DNA from: Verrucomicrobiota bacterium
GTDB lineage: Bacteria > Verrucomicrobiota > Verrucomicrobiia > Chthoniobacterales > UBA10450
Assembly: GCA_005887825.1 (NCBI GenBank)
Contig: VBQC01000172.1
Span: 1-53,689 of the forward strand
Reading direction: 5' to 3'
Length of the DNA stretch: 53,689 nucleotides
In this document: positions 9,519-20,810 of the stretch, piece after piece
Numbering within the stretch: the first letter of the stretch is position 1
Layout: each line of letters begins with the position of its first letter
Notes under the pieces: model-generated
What the model saw: the letters and a program-made list of their open reading frames with translations, nothing else
Told to the model about the DNA's origin: nothing
Databases searched by the model: none
Position numbers and translations under genes: made by a program

Positions 9519-9902
9519 ATGCCAAGAGCCACTAATGCCCCGGCCAGCCGGGCGCGGCGCAAACGGGTTTTAAAGAAAGCCAAAGGTTATCGCGGACGCC
9601 GTTCGAAACTTTTCCGCTACGCAAAAGACGCGACGATGAAGGGCCAGTATTGGGCCTATCGGGATCGCAAAACACGCAAACGCACGTTCCGTTACCTATG
9701 GATCCAGCGCTTGAACGCCGCGGCCCGCGCCAATGGAATGACTTACAGTCGTTTTGCCGAAGGGCTGAAAGCCGCCGGCATTGGCTTGGATCGAAAGATT
9801 CTTGCCGATCTCGCAGTTACAGATGAAGCCGCGTTCAAATCGATCGTCGATCAGGCCAAGAGCGCGCTGGAGAACAAATCCAAATCGAAAAAGGCGGCAT
9901 AG
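9519..9902 (+). CDS. rplT: 50S ribosomal protein L20
   Basis: 127 aa. Contains [37 protein letters not shown] and [19 protein letters not shown]. Confidence 0.95.
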   Translation: MPRATNAPASRARRKRVLKKAKGYRGRRSKLFRYAKDATMKGQYWAYRDRKTRKRTFRYLWIQRLNAAARANGMTYSRFAEGLKAAGIGLDRKILADLAVTDEAAFKSIVDQAKSALENKSKSKKAA

Positions 9903-10017
9903 TCGCCGTTAAAAGGTTAGAATTGTTACAACGTTAAAACGGAACGCACGCAGGTCTTTCCGCGAACGGATTGCCGTTGTACCGATGTAACTTTTTTAAC
10001 AATTTAACTCTTTGGCC

Positions 10018-11008
<991 letters not shown>

Positions 11009-11018
11009 GCCATTTTTG

Positions 11019-11095
11019 GTCATTCCGAGCGGAGTCGAAGAATCTCTCACTGCTACGCTACTATTGAGAGATGTCTCGACTTCGCTCGACATGAC
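11019..11095. repeat. family-A palindromic element (GTCAT..CGAGCG.AGTCGA...TCTCTCA arms), copy A1
   Basis: The 31-nt arms at 11019-11049 and 11065-11095 are complementary at 25 of 31 positions. The right arm is the exact reverse complement of the left arm of A5 (48344). Confidence 0.8.
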
Positions 11096-11107
11096 AGATG
11101 AACGAAA

Positions 11108-13427
11108 ATGAAATTCTCCGTTAATTGGTTGCGCGAATTTGTCGATCTGCCGCCGAGTGTCGATGCGCTCGCCGAGTTGCTCACGCTCGCCGGGGTCGAG
11201 ATCGAGGGGACCGAGCCGCGTGGCGCGAACATCGACAAGGTCGTTGTCGCCCAGATTAACGCTTCTACTCAACATCCAAATGCCGATCGCCTCACCGTTT
11301 GCGAAGTGGACGATGGCAGCGGCATAAAACGCCAGATTGTCTGCGGCGCGACGAATTACAAAGTCGGCGACAAAGTTTCACTCGCGTTGCCCGGTGTAAT
11401 GTTGCCGAACGGTTTGCAAATTCAGAAAAGCAAACTGCGCGGCGTCGAATCTGAAGGAATGCTCTGCAGCGCGAAAGAACTCGGCTTGGGCGAAGATGCC
11501 AGTGGACTTTTAATTCTCCCGCCTGATGCAAAAATCGGCGCGCGGATTGCCGATCTTTTTCCCGCGGACACAATTCTGGACGTCGAGATTACGCCCAATC
11601 GCGGTGATTTGTTGAGTCACTTCGGACTGGCGCGCGAGATCGCGGCTTTGACGAACAAAATTGTAGGGCAACCGCATCGGTTGCCGAACCAAGCAAAGGC
11701 ACACGGAGCGCCTGCCTTACAACGGCGAGGCGTATCGATTTCTGCGCTGCGCGAATGTCCGTTCTACTCCGCACGCAAGATCGGCAACCTGAAAGTGGCT
11801 CCGAGCCCGGCTTGGCTGCGCGCCAAAATCGAGAGCGTCGGGATCCGCTCGATCAATAATATCGTCGATATCTCGAACTTTGTGATTAAAAGGCGGCATC
11901 AACGTTCGCCTGGCGCGTGACGGCGAAATGTTTCTCGCACTCGACGGCAGGAACTATTCACTCACGCCGGAAAATCTGGTCATTGCCGATGAAGAGCGCG
12001 CAGTCGGAATCGGCGGCGTGATGGGCGGCGAGGAGACTGGCGTGATCGAATCGACGCGAAATATTCTTCCTGAGAGCGCTTATTTTTTGCCGGCAAGCAT
12101 TCGGCGAACAGCGCGCAACTTAAATCTGCCGAGCGATGCGAGCTACCGGTTCGAACGCGGCGTCGATCCTGGAATGATTTTGCGCGCGTCGCAGCGGGCA
12201 ACTGATCTCATTTGCGAAATTGCGCAGGGAGATCCAGCAAAAGAAACTGCCGTTGCAGGTGAGCTGCCGGAAAATCCACCGGAGGTTTGGTTGAGCTACA
12301 AAAAATGCGATCACGTGCTCGGAATTGCGATCAAACCAAAAGCAATCGACGAAATTCTGGAGCGGTTTGGGCTGAGCAAGAGTAAGAGCGGAGGCGCCAC
12401 ATGGAGCATTCCGAGTTATCGGCGCGATTTGCGGCGCGATGTCGATCTTATCGAGGAGGTGGTGCGCGCATACGGCGTGGAGAAAATTCCCGGCACCGAC
12501 CGGAGCCGGTTCACGCCATCGAGCATCGCGGATGATTCGCACGATGTTGAATCTGCTCTACGCGGCGTGCTGGCGGCGCGAGGCTTGGCTGAGGTTCGTA
12601 CGTTCAAATTGATTTCGCGCCACTCAATCGCTTTGGGTGAAAATGCGATCAAACTGCGCAATCCGCTTAGCGAAGATCACGTCGCGCTGCGACCCAGCTT
12701 GCTCACTGGCCTTCTCGACGTGCTCGATCGTAATGTGCGCGCCGGCGCGGGACACGTCGTCATCTTTGAGCTCGGCCGCGTTTTCATTCCGCCGACCGGA
12801 AAAGAGGAACGCCGTCTCGGCATTCTCCTCTGGGGAAACGCGAGGAGCACACCTCACTGGCGAGCACAAATGAACCGGAGCCTCGATTTTTTTGATTTGA
12901 AAGGCGCAATCGCATCGCTACCGATCGAACGCTTATCGTTTCGCCGGAATGAACAGCGCGATTTTGGGCTTGCCACTGAAGTTCTATCTGACGATCGGGT
13001 GATCGGTTTCGCGCGGCAACTTTCCGCGGCGCGCGCATCTGAAATAGGTGCTCCGGGCGCGATCGTTGTTGCAGAACTGCAGGTGGATTTTGTCCTGGAA
13101 AGGGAATCGGCAAAGACATTTCGCGACATCGAAAGATTTCCCGCCGTTACTCGCGACATTGCAATGCTTGTGCCGGAGAAACTGACGCACGCGGAGATTT
13201 TGCGGGTCATTGAAAATCCGCGAGAGCCGCTGCTGGAAAGCGTGCAATTATTTGACGTGTTTGAAGGTCAGGAGGCTGTCGATCACGTCCCGGCGGAAAA
13301 ATCGCTCGCTTATACATTGACATACCGCGATAGAAATCGCACACTCACTAATGAAGAAGTGACCGAGGTGCATGCGCGGATTCGCGAGCGGTTGCAGCGC
13401 GAACTGGGTGTCACCTTGCGGGAATAG
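11108..13427 (+). pseudogene. pheT: phenylalanine-tRNA ligase beta subunit, split by an internal deletion of about 44 nt plus a frameshift at about 11885-11891
   Basis: ORF 11108-11920 ends NNIVDISNFVI and then goes out of frame. ORF 11928-13427 is preceded in frame by KGGINVRLARDGE. Judged against B. subtilis/E. coli PheT from memory, the conserved LE.[8 protein letters not shown] block between them is missing. Confidence 0.85.
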
Positions 13428-13702
13428 TTCTTTGATAGTGTGAGAGTCGTTTGTTGAGGGTTGGGAAGAAAACCAGTGCTTTTCTCTCAACTCTCGATTG
13501 ACGGCTCTCATCAATTTACCCTGCGATGTTCGAGATTACAGGTGGGATTCCCGAACCGATAATTGACGAACTTGAGGAGGCTCAGTCGCCGGAGAAGATG
13601 GCAGGCCTTAATTGGAAGTCAGACGCTGCGGCGACGGTCATCCGCCCGTTACCAAGAGGGAACGGGAGATCCGCCTAAACGGCACCAGCGGGGTAAAATT
13701 TC

Positions 13703-13738
13703 AAAAACCCGGATCGAACTTCGATCCGGGTTTTTTGT
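13703..13738. terminator. bidirectional intrinsic terminator
   Basis: 9-bp stem cccggatcg/cgatccggg with loop aactt. An A5 run lies upstream and a T6 run downstream. Confidence 0.75.
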
Positions 13739-13834
13739 TCCAGGCGTCGCCCTGTTGGCGACGCGTGCGCTCGCGCAGTGAAGCAGCCACGGCTATTTGA
13801 AAATCCGACGATAAGATCGACAGTGCGCAGTGAC

Positions 13835-14977
13835 ATGCGCGCCCTGCTAGCTCTCGAAGACGGTCGATGCTTCGAAGGGGAATCGTTTGGCGCAAGCGGC
13901 ACACGCGTTGGCGAGATTTGTTTCAACACCGCCATGACCGGTTATCAGGAAGTGCTGACCGATCCATCCTACCGCGGGCAGGTCGTGGCGATGACTTATC
14001 CGTTGATCGGAAATTACGGGATCAATTCGCTCGACCAGGAAAGCCGTTCGCCACACGTCCGTGGATTCGTCATAGAAGAATTAACTGAGATCCCGAGCAG
14101 TTGGCGCTCCGAAATGTCGCTCGATGAATATTTGCAAAAATGGAAGATTCCCGGCGCTCAGGGAATCGACACGCGTGCGCTGACGCGACATTTGCGCACC
14201 CGCGGTGCGATGAAAGCCTGTTTGACCACGGAAAAACTTTCGCCCGAAGAAGCGACGCAACGGGCGGTCGAAGGCGAAGGCGTAATTGGAATGGATTACG
14301 TGCGCGAAGTGTCCACATCTGAGATTTATCGGTGGGACCCAGACGACAAGTTAAGCGGGCCGTGGTCGATCGCGTCTGGCAACGGCGCAAGCAAACGCGC
14401 GCTGCCGCCGATCCGATTTCGGATCGCGGCGTACGATTATGGAATCAAGGAAAATATCTTGCGCCTGCTGCGCCAGAAAGGTTTCGAAGTTACCGTTGTT
14501 CCCGCATCGACAACTGCTGAAGAGGTGCTAGCCATCGATCCCGACGGAATTTTTCTGTCTAACGGGCCGGGCGATCCTGCCGCCCTGCCATATGCGCACA
14601 CAGCGGTGCATGATTTAATGGGCAAGAAACCGATCTTCGGGATTTGTCTCGGCCATCAGATTCTCGGCTTCGCGTTCGGCGGATCGACATTCAAATTGAA
14701 ATTCGGCCATCGCGGCGCCAACCAGCCGGTGAAAGATTTGCACAGCGGCAAGGTTGCGATCACGGCGCAAAATCACGGTTTCGCGGTCGATCCAGAGTCA
14801 CTGCCCTCAAACGTGGAAGTAACGCACATAAATTTAAACGACGGCACAGTCGAGGGGATGCGGCACAACGAGCTTCCGATTTTCAGCGTCCAATATCACC
14901 CCGAAGCCGCGCCTGGTCCCCATGATGCCTCTTACTTTTTCGACCAATTCGCAGATTTGATCGAAAAGAATTTGTAG
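13835..14977 (+). CDS. carA: carbamoyl-phosphate synthase small (glutaminase) subunit
   Basis: [30 protein letters not shown], then the GATase region ICLGHQ and VQYHPEA. Start placed at 13835 rather than the ORF-track 13778. Confidence 0.95.
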   Translation: MRALLALEDGRCFEGESFGASGTRVGEICFNTAMTGYQEVLTDPSYRGQVVAMTYPLIGNYGINSLDQESRSPHVRGFVIEELTEIPSSWRSEMSLDEYLQKWKIPGAQGIDTRALTRHLRTRGAMKACLTTEKLSPEEATQRAVEGEGVIGMDYVREVSTSEIYRWDPDDKLSGPWSIASGNGASKRALPPIRFRIAAYDYGIKENILRLLRQKGFEVTVVPASTTAEEVLAIDPDGIFLSNGPGDPAALPYAHTAVHDLMGKKPIFGICLGHQILGFAFGGSTFKLKFGHRGANQPVKDLHSGKVAITAQNHGFAVDPESLPSNVEVTHINLNDGTVEGMRHNELPIFSVQYHPEAAPGPHDASYFFDQFADLIEKNL

Positions 14978-15053
14978 CCGCTTCGCTGTGCGAAGCCCGA
15001 CGCCAGCGATGCCTGCGATGCAAGTGTCGCGTCGCTCACAGAGCGACGGCTAC
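14974..15053. repeat. family-B 80-bp palindromic element (GTAGCCGC...GCGGCTAC type), copy B1
   Basis: Termini are GTAGCCGCTTCGCTGTGCGAAGC and GTCGCTCACAGAGCGACGGCTAC. The carA TAG stop (14975-14977) forms nt 2-4 of the element. Confidence 0.8.
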
Positions 15054-15088
15054 AATTGACCACGCGCAATATCGGAAGAGATTCCGTC

Positions 15089-15505
15089 ATGTTTAATTCA
15101 ATAACCAATCAACCTGCAGTCTTGAAAGTTGCGGTCGCCGCGACTTTCATCGCAGCTCTCGCGTTTTTGCCGCTGGCCGTTGCGCAAGAGCACGAACATG
15201 GAAAAGAAGATCTGAGCGCATCGGCTGAAAAATCCGTTTCCGGTGAAGTGGTCGATATGATGTGTTACGTCGATCATAACGCCATGGGCGAGAAACACGG
15301 TCAATCCTGCGGGGCCAAGTGCATCCGGAGCGGCGGACCGGTCGGCATCGTGAGCGACGGCAAGGCATATCTCGTCGTTGGCGAACACAAACCGATCAAC
15401 GATCAACTCGCGGATTATTGCGGTAAGACCATCACTGTGAAAGGCAAGATGGCGGAACGCGGCGGCATGGCGATGATCGAGAACGCCGAAATCGTTAAAA
15501 AATAG
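15089..15505 (+). CDS. hypothetical secreted Cys/His-containing protein
   Basis: 138 aa counted from the ATG at 15089. Signal peptide ...AATFIAALAFLPLAVAQE. No family recognised. Confidence 0.5.
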   Translation: MFNSITNQPAVLKVAVAATFIAALAFLPLAVAQEHEHGKEDLSASAEKSVSGEVVDMMCYVDHNAMGEKHGQSCGAKCIRSGGPVGIVSDGKAYLVVGEHKPINDQLADYCGKTITVKGKMAERGGMAMIENAEIVKK

Positions 15506-15507
15506 TT

Positions 15508-15587
15508 GTAGCCGCGCTCTGTGAGACGCGTGGCGCGCGTGCGTGTCAAACAGCTCAGCGCCGCGCTTCGCATAGCGAAGGGGCTAC
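15508..15587. repeat. family-B 80-bp element, copy B2 (inverted relative to B1)
   Basis: Termini are GTAGCCGCGCTCTGTGAGACGCG and CGCTTCGCATAGCGAAGGGGCTAC. The reverse complement aligns with the B1 termini. Confidence 0.8.
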
Positions 15588-15606
15588 AGGATCCGCGGCC
15601 TTTTCC

Positions 15607-18600
15607 CTACTTGTAGTACGGCCGCAATGAAGGGCGCAGCTTCCCGACTTTAAGAGCCGTTTCAATTTGCGTGTCGGCAAACGAATCATCGGAAAGCTTG
15701 CGAATCTCGCCCGCCTCCAGCGCTGCGAGCGGCAAGCCGTTGTGAAACAGAATACGATTAGGCGTTAGTGCAGCGATCCTTGGTCCCGGCGTTAGGATGC
15801 CTTGCAAATTCAGCGGATCGGCGGCGCTAAGAGTAATCAATTCGCCATTCGATAATGCTTTGCGAATGGAACGCAACAGACCGATGGCCTCGGGCAACGC
15901 GAATTGCTCGCCGCTGATGCCTCCGACGAAATAACCGCCGCGAATCTCGCCACGCGCCTCCCAGCGGCGGTAGATGCGGCCCAACTCATACCAGGTTACG
16001 GCAAAGTTTTCACGATCGAGCAAACGACGAAACACGACGCCGTAACGGCGGAGCAACACACGCGCTAATTTCTCCATGGCCGCATCGCGTGAATCCGGGA
16101 GCGCGCTCCGGCAGCTGCCGAACGAGTCGGACCCGAGTTGCGTCCTCAGCAGTGACCATCGCCCCGCAAACTCGATGCTGGCGAGATTTGTTTTGCGGCG
16201 GCGTTTTCCTTCGTTGCGTCCAAACGTTGGCCGTTTGTCCGATGGAACGAGAAGCGCGCGCACTCCATCGAAACTGTCTGACGTGACAAAACCGAGCGCG
16301 GCAAGCTGAGACAGTGCTTCCTCAACTTGAGACGGCAGCAAATCGGCCCGGCGCACAATTTCAGTGAAGAAAAGCGCGCCGCCGCTTCTCAGCGCATCGA
16401 ACACGGTTTGCGTTTCCGCTGAGAGTTCTACTTCTGAATTTGCTTGAGCCAGTCGCAGCCAGTCATCGAGATTTTCACGCTGGTAGAGAGCAGTGGGACT
16501 GGTCCGCAACGGCGCAAATGCACGGACTCTCGGATTTTGCGGCGAGCTCAAGCGCCCCCAGCCGACGCGGCCAGAGACGCAAAGGCGGTCCAACCATTCG
16601 GGATCGTATTCGGTAACGCGTGCGGCGAGGACCGCCGATTCCCAGGCTGCCAAGGGCAAGTCGCAACCGTCAAGCTGCTCAAGAACCGACTGCAAGCCTT
16701 CCGCACCTTCAGCGCGGTGTTCCCGATCGACGCGCTGCCATGCCAAAAGAAAACGGTAAAAATCCTGCGGTGAGACCGGCTGGATTTCAGCACGCAGGCG
16801 ATCAATGGTGAGCCGATGAATCCGCGCTAGCAGCCGGCGATCGCACCACTCCTGCTCGATCGCGTCCGGGTGAAACTTGCCGCGCAGAACAAAACCTTCC
16901 GCTTCGAGTGCCAGCAACGCGGCATCGGTTTCGGAACGCGACAATCCCAACTTGTCTGCCAGCTCGCCGGCAGTCACTGGCCCGGCAACTTCCATTCGCC
17001 CTCGAAGCAATTCGCGAATCGCATCGGCGCATTCGAAAGTTTGTCCTCGCACCAATTCGGGAACGATCAATTCAGGTCCGAGCCTGGCCTGCGGATAGAT
17101 CGTTTGCAGCATCGATAAACGTTCGGCAGGCGCCCAAAAAGTTTTTTCTCCAAATCGAAATTGCGTTGCTCGGTTGGAGGCAACAAGTTCTTTCACCAAA
17201 TGTTCAGCAGCCACGCCATTTCCTTCATGATGAATGGAAACGGCGGTTTCTTCTTCGGTCAGCAGCCCGATGAGCATCAGCGCATCGTGTAATTCATCGG
17301 CGTTAGTCATTGCTGGCCACGCTTCTTTCTGCACCCTGTCGATCGCGGCCGCGTCGAGAGCACCGAGGCCATCGTTGCCGTTTCTTTCCGAAGCGCGACG
17401 CGTGTAAACTGCCTGTGTCCGCCGCTCTTCCAGAGGCGCATTATCAAGAAACGCATATGGTCGCGCGTTTAGAATTTCAGCTGCGAACGGCGATGGCTCC
17501 GGCAAGTCGCGCGCGATGCAACGAATCTCGCTATTGTCGATCTTACGCAGGACTTCTTCCAACCCATCAATGTCCATCGCTTCCGTGAGGCAATCCTCGA
17601 TTGTCTGCTTCACCAGCGGATGATCGGGAATCTCGCGATCGCCGACGATATGTTCGAGACAAGCGAGTTGGTCGGGAAAAACCGCGGCCAAAAGATTTTC
17701 CGATTCCATGCGCTGCAAGGGCGCTGCGATCTTCGAACCACCGCGAAAACGGGGCACCGCCAGGGAACGTGTGGCGTTCCAGCGCCAGCGAATTGTGAAC
17801 ATTGGCGCATCGAGCAATGCCTGGACGAGCAGGTCGCGAACCGTTTTGGAATTCAGATAACGAAAGACTTCCTCGAGCGGAAATGAGTGCTGGGTGCCGA
17901 GCGAAATCACGATCGCATCATCCGTGGCCGCTGCTTGCAGCTCGAAATTGAACGATCGACAAAAACGCTTTCGGAGGGCCAATCCCCACGCGCGATTGAT
18001 TCGATTGCCGAACGGTGAGTGAAGGACAAGTTGCATTCCACCCGATTCATCGAAGAAGCGCTCCATCACCAAAGTTTGCTGCGAAGGAACTGCCCCGAGC
18101 GACCGATAAGTGTCCCCGAAATAGTCACCTACCTGTTCAGCAGCCTCGGCCGGTAAAAGCATTTCCTTACCGAGCCATTCTCCAGGATTTTGGTCGTCGG
18201 TCAGCAGCGTTTCGATTTCAATCCGCAAATCCGAGACAGCCTGGGACAATTCCGCCGTCCGGGCCGGTGCTTCACCGAGCCAAAACGGAATTCCCGGCGG
18301 CTGCCCTTTTGCGTCTTCGACACGGACGACCCCGGAATTGATGCGCAAGATTCGCCACGACGCGTTGCCAAGTTGAAAGATGTCGCCAGCGAGACTCTCG
18401 ACCGCGAAGTCCTCATTCACGGTGCCGACGAAAGTCTCCGACGGTTCGACAATTACTCGGTAATCGGCGTTGTCCGGAATCGCGCCGCCGGAAGTCAGGG
18501 CGACCAATCGCGCGCCGCGCCGGCCGCGCAAACGATGGTTTACGGCGTCATGATGAATCAACGCCGCACGCCGGCCGCGTTTCGTGCTGAAACCTTCGGC

Positions 18601-19974
18601 CAGCATTTTAATAACCTTGTCGAACTCGTCGCGGGTCAGATTTCGATATGGCCAGGCTGAACAAACGAGCTCAAAAAACTCCGCTTCGTCCCAATCTTCG
18701 CCGGAAGTTGCCGCGACGATTTGTTGGGCCAGCACGTCCAGCGGCTTTTCCGGAATCAGCAAACGATCGAGTTCGCCGCGTCGAACGCAACGCAGTAGCG
18801 CCGCGCATTCGACGAGTTCGTCGCGGCTCAACGGAAAGATGCGGCCCTTCGGCAACCCGCTGCGTTTGTGCTCGGCGCGACCGACTCGTTGAAGCAGGGT
18901 GGCGATGGAGCGCGTCGCGCCGAGTTGGCAAACGAGGTCAACCGAGCCGATGTCGATTCCCAGATCGAGCGATGCCGTAGCCACAAGCGCTCTAAGGTCG
19001 CCGCGCTTCAGGCGGTCTTCGGCATCGAGACGCAGCTTGGCGGAAAGGCTGCCATGATGCGACGTGACCGCGTCCGCGCCGAGTAATTCGCTCAGATGCT
19101 GCGTCACGCGCTCGGCCATCCGGCGCGTATTCACAAAGACTAAAGTTGTGCGATGCGCCTGAATCAACTCCGCGAGCCGGTGATAAACTTCTTCCCAAAC
19201 TTCGTTCGACATCACCGCTTCAAGCGCCGACTTGGGGAGCTCAATTGCCAGATCCAAGTCGCGCCGGTGACCGATGTCGATGATTTCGCAATCGGGATTG
19301 CCAGCCTTGTCCACTGCACCGCTGCCGACAAGAAAGCGCGCAACCTCCTCGATTGGTTTTTGCGTCGCGGACAAACCGATCCGCTGGAGTGGCTGCTTTG
19401 TGAGCGCGGCCAGACGCTCGATGCTCAAGGCAAGGTGCGCCCCGCGCCGGTCGTCCACGACGGCGTGGATCTCGTCCACAATCAGCGTTCGCACCTTGCT
19501 CAACATGCGCCGGCCGGATTCCGAAGTGAGCAACAGATATAAAGATTCCGGCGTAGTGACCAGAATGTGAGGCGGCTTCTTCACAAGCGCCTGGCGCTGC
19601 GCGGCGCTGGTGTCACCGGTCCGAACTTCCGCGCGCACGTCAATTTCCCGGCCTTCTGTTTCGTGCAACAGCGCCCGAATACCAGCGAGCGGCTCTTGAA
19701 GATTTTTGCGAATATCGTTGCTCAATGCCTTGAGTGGCGAGACGTAAACAACTTGCGTTTCATCCGGCAATCCGGCCTTCACGCCCTCGCGAAACAGCAC
19801 ATCGAGCGAAGCAAGAAACGCGGCCAGCGTTTTGCCTGAACCTGTCGGCGCAGAAATCAGCACGTGCCGGCCGGATTGAATTGCCGGCCAGCCGCGGGCT
19901 TGAGGTTCACTCGGTGACCCGAACGTTTGATCGAACCAGCGCGTGACCGCGGGATGAAATCGAAAGGACTGCAT
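15607..19974 (-). CDS. lhr: Lhr-family large ATP-dependent DEAD/DEAH helicase
   Basis: 1455 aa. Motif I APTGSGKT, motif II DEIH, SAT, a HHGS-containing helicase C domain, and a long Lhr-type C-terminal extension. Confidence 0.85.
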   Translation of the reverse strand: MQSFRFHPAVTRWFDQTFGSPSEPQARGWPAIQSGRHVLISAPTGSGKTLAAFLASLDVLFREGVKAGLPDETQVVYVSPLKALSNDIRKNLQEPLAGIRALLHETEGREIDVRAEVRTGDTSAAQRQALVKKPPHILVTTPESLYLLLTSESGRRMLSKVRTLIVDEIHAVVDDRRGAHLALSIERLAALTKQPLQRIGLSATQKPIEEVARFLVGSGAVDKAGNPDCEIIDIGHRRDLDLAIELPKSALEAVMSNEVWEEVYHRLAELIQAHRTTLVFVNTRRMAERVTQHLSELLGADAVTSHHGSLSAKLRLDAEDRLKRGDLRALVATASLDLGIDIGSVDLVCQLGATRSIATLLQRVGRAEHKRSGLPKGRIFPLSRDELVECAALLRCVRRGELDRLLIPEKPLDVLAQQIVAATSGEDWDEAEFFELVCSAWPYRNLTRDEFDKVIKMLAEGFSTKRGRRAALIHHDAVNHRLRGRRGARLVALTSGGAIPDNADYRVIVEPSETFVGTVNEDFAVESLAGDIFQLGNASWRILRINSGVVRVEDAKGQPPGIPFWLGEAPARTAELSQAVSDLRIEIETLLTDDQNPGEWLGKEMLLPAEAAEQVGDYFGDTYRSLGAVPSQQTLVMERFFDESGGMQLVLHSPFGNRINRAWGLALRKRFCRSFNFELQAAATDDAIVISLGTQHSFPLEEVFRYLNSKTVRDLLVQALLDAPMFTIRWRWNATRSLAVPRFRGGSKIAAPLQRMESENLLAAVFPDQLACLEHIVGDREIPDHPLVKQTIEDCLTEAMDIDGLEEVLRKIDNSEIRCIARDLPEPSPFAAEILNARPYAFLDNAPLEERRTQAVYTRRASERNGNDGLGALDAAAIDRVQKEAWPAMTNADELHDALMLIGLLTEEETAVSIHHEGNGVAAEHLVKELVASNRATQFRFGEKTFWAPAERLSMLQTIYPQARLGPELIVPELVRGQTFECADAIRELLRGRMEVAGPVTAGELADKLGLSRSETDAALLALEAEGFVLRGKFHPDAIEQEWCDRRLLARIHRLTIDRLRAEIQPVSPQDFYRFLLAWQRVDREHRAEGAEGLQSVLEQLDGCDLPLAAWESAVLAARVTEYDPEWLDRLCVSGRVGWGRLSSPQNPRVRAFAPLRTSPTALYQRENLDDWLRLAQANSEVELSAETQTVFDALRSGGALFFTEIVRRADLLPSQVEEALSQLAALGFVTSDSFDGVRALLVPSDKRPTFGRNEGKRRRKTNLASIEFAGRWSLLRTQLGSDSFGSCRSALPDSRDAAMEKLARVLLRRYGVVFRRLLDRENFAVTWYELGRIYRRWEARGEIRGGYFVGGISGEQFALPEAIGLLRSIRKALSNGELITLSAADPLNLQGILTPGPRIAALTPNRILFHNGLPLAALEAGEIRKLSDDSFADTQIETALKVGKLRPSLRPYYK

Positions 19975-20048
19975 GAATACCAGGATCGCGACAATGCGGA
20001 ACTATTAATTTAGGCCACACCGCGAGAAAGAAAAGCAGGCCGCGATTT

Positions 20049-20095
20049 GTCATCCTGAGCCGCCAATTCGACTCACGTTCGTTCGGGATGAGGAC
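20049..20095. repeat. family-A element, partial copy A2
   Basis: GTCATCCTGAGCCGCCAATTCGACTCACGTTCG aligns with the left part of A4 (42527). It overlaps the last 7 codons and the stop codon of the GT2 gene. Confidence 0.65.
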
Positions 20096-20810
20096 GTTTA
20101 TTTTTTTTTCTCAGCGCGATCACTTCGCGCAACATGCGCAAGCTATCGTGAATGAAATCGACCTTGCTTCCCTCTGCATGGTTCCAGCGCACGGGAATTT
20201 CGCGGATGCGCAATCCGGCGCGCTGCGCGAGATAAAGCAACTCGACATCGAAGGCGAAGCCGTCGATGTGAGCGGCTTCGAGAATCGGGCGACAAACATC
20301 GAGGCGGAACGCTTTGAAACCACATTGCGTGTCCCAAAACGGCAGGCCGGTGGCAAGCCGCACAAGAAGGTTGAAAACGCGGCCACCCTGTTCGCGCCGC
20401 CAGGGTTGGTGCTGACCGATCAAGCTGCGATCGATCGCGCGCGAACCAAACGCAATATCGACATTGCCATTTGCTATGGGCTCGATCACCTTCGGCGTCT
20501 CGCCGAGGGGCGTGGAAAGATCCGCGTCGAAAAAAAGACCGATCGGTTCTTGCGCTGCCAGCAATCCAGAACGAACAGCAGCGCCTTTGCCGCGATTTGG
20601 AAAATTCTCGAGCAACTGCGTCGCAACTTTCGTCTCTGAAAAAACCTCGCGCGTGATGGTCCCGGTTGCATCCGTCGATCCATCATTCACGACGATCAAT
20701 TCACTTTCTGGGCTGACGTCGCGAAGGTAATCAAGCGTCAGCCGCAACGTCCTGGCGATGCGTGGTTCTTCGTTGAAAGCAGGAATGACGATGGAGAATG
20801 CGGGCAACAT
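20073..20810 (-). CDS. family 2 glycosyltransferase (polyprenyl-phosphate sugar transferase-like)
   Basis: 245 aa. Contains FSIVIPAFNEE, LIVVNDGSTDATG and a FFDADLS (DxD-like) motif. Confidence 0.85.
   Translation of the reverse strand: MLPAFSIVIPAFNEEPRIARTLRLTLDYLRDVSPESELIVVNDGSTDATGTITREVFSETKVATQLLENFPNRGKGAAVRSGLLAAQEPIGLFFDADLSTPLGETPKVIEPIANGNVDIAFGSRAIDRSLIGQHQPWRREQGGRVFNLLVRLATGLPFWDTQCGFKAFRLDVCRPILEAAHIDGFAFDVELLYLAQRAGLRIREIPVRWNHAEGSKVDFIHDSLRMLREVIALRKKNKRPHPERT

Noticed and set aside
13536-13702. A known RNA gene (SRP/4.5S RNA, tmRNA, RNase P, 6S, or a cobalamin or glutamine riboswitch) in the pheT-carA spacer.
   Set aside because: I compared the region by eye with the conserved cores I remember: GGAAGGAAGCAGC for SRP, GAGGAAAGUCC for RNase P, the tRNA-like ends of tmRNA, the B12 box, and the glnA-RNA motif. 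None matches convincingly. It is kept only as an unclassified structured region.
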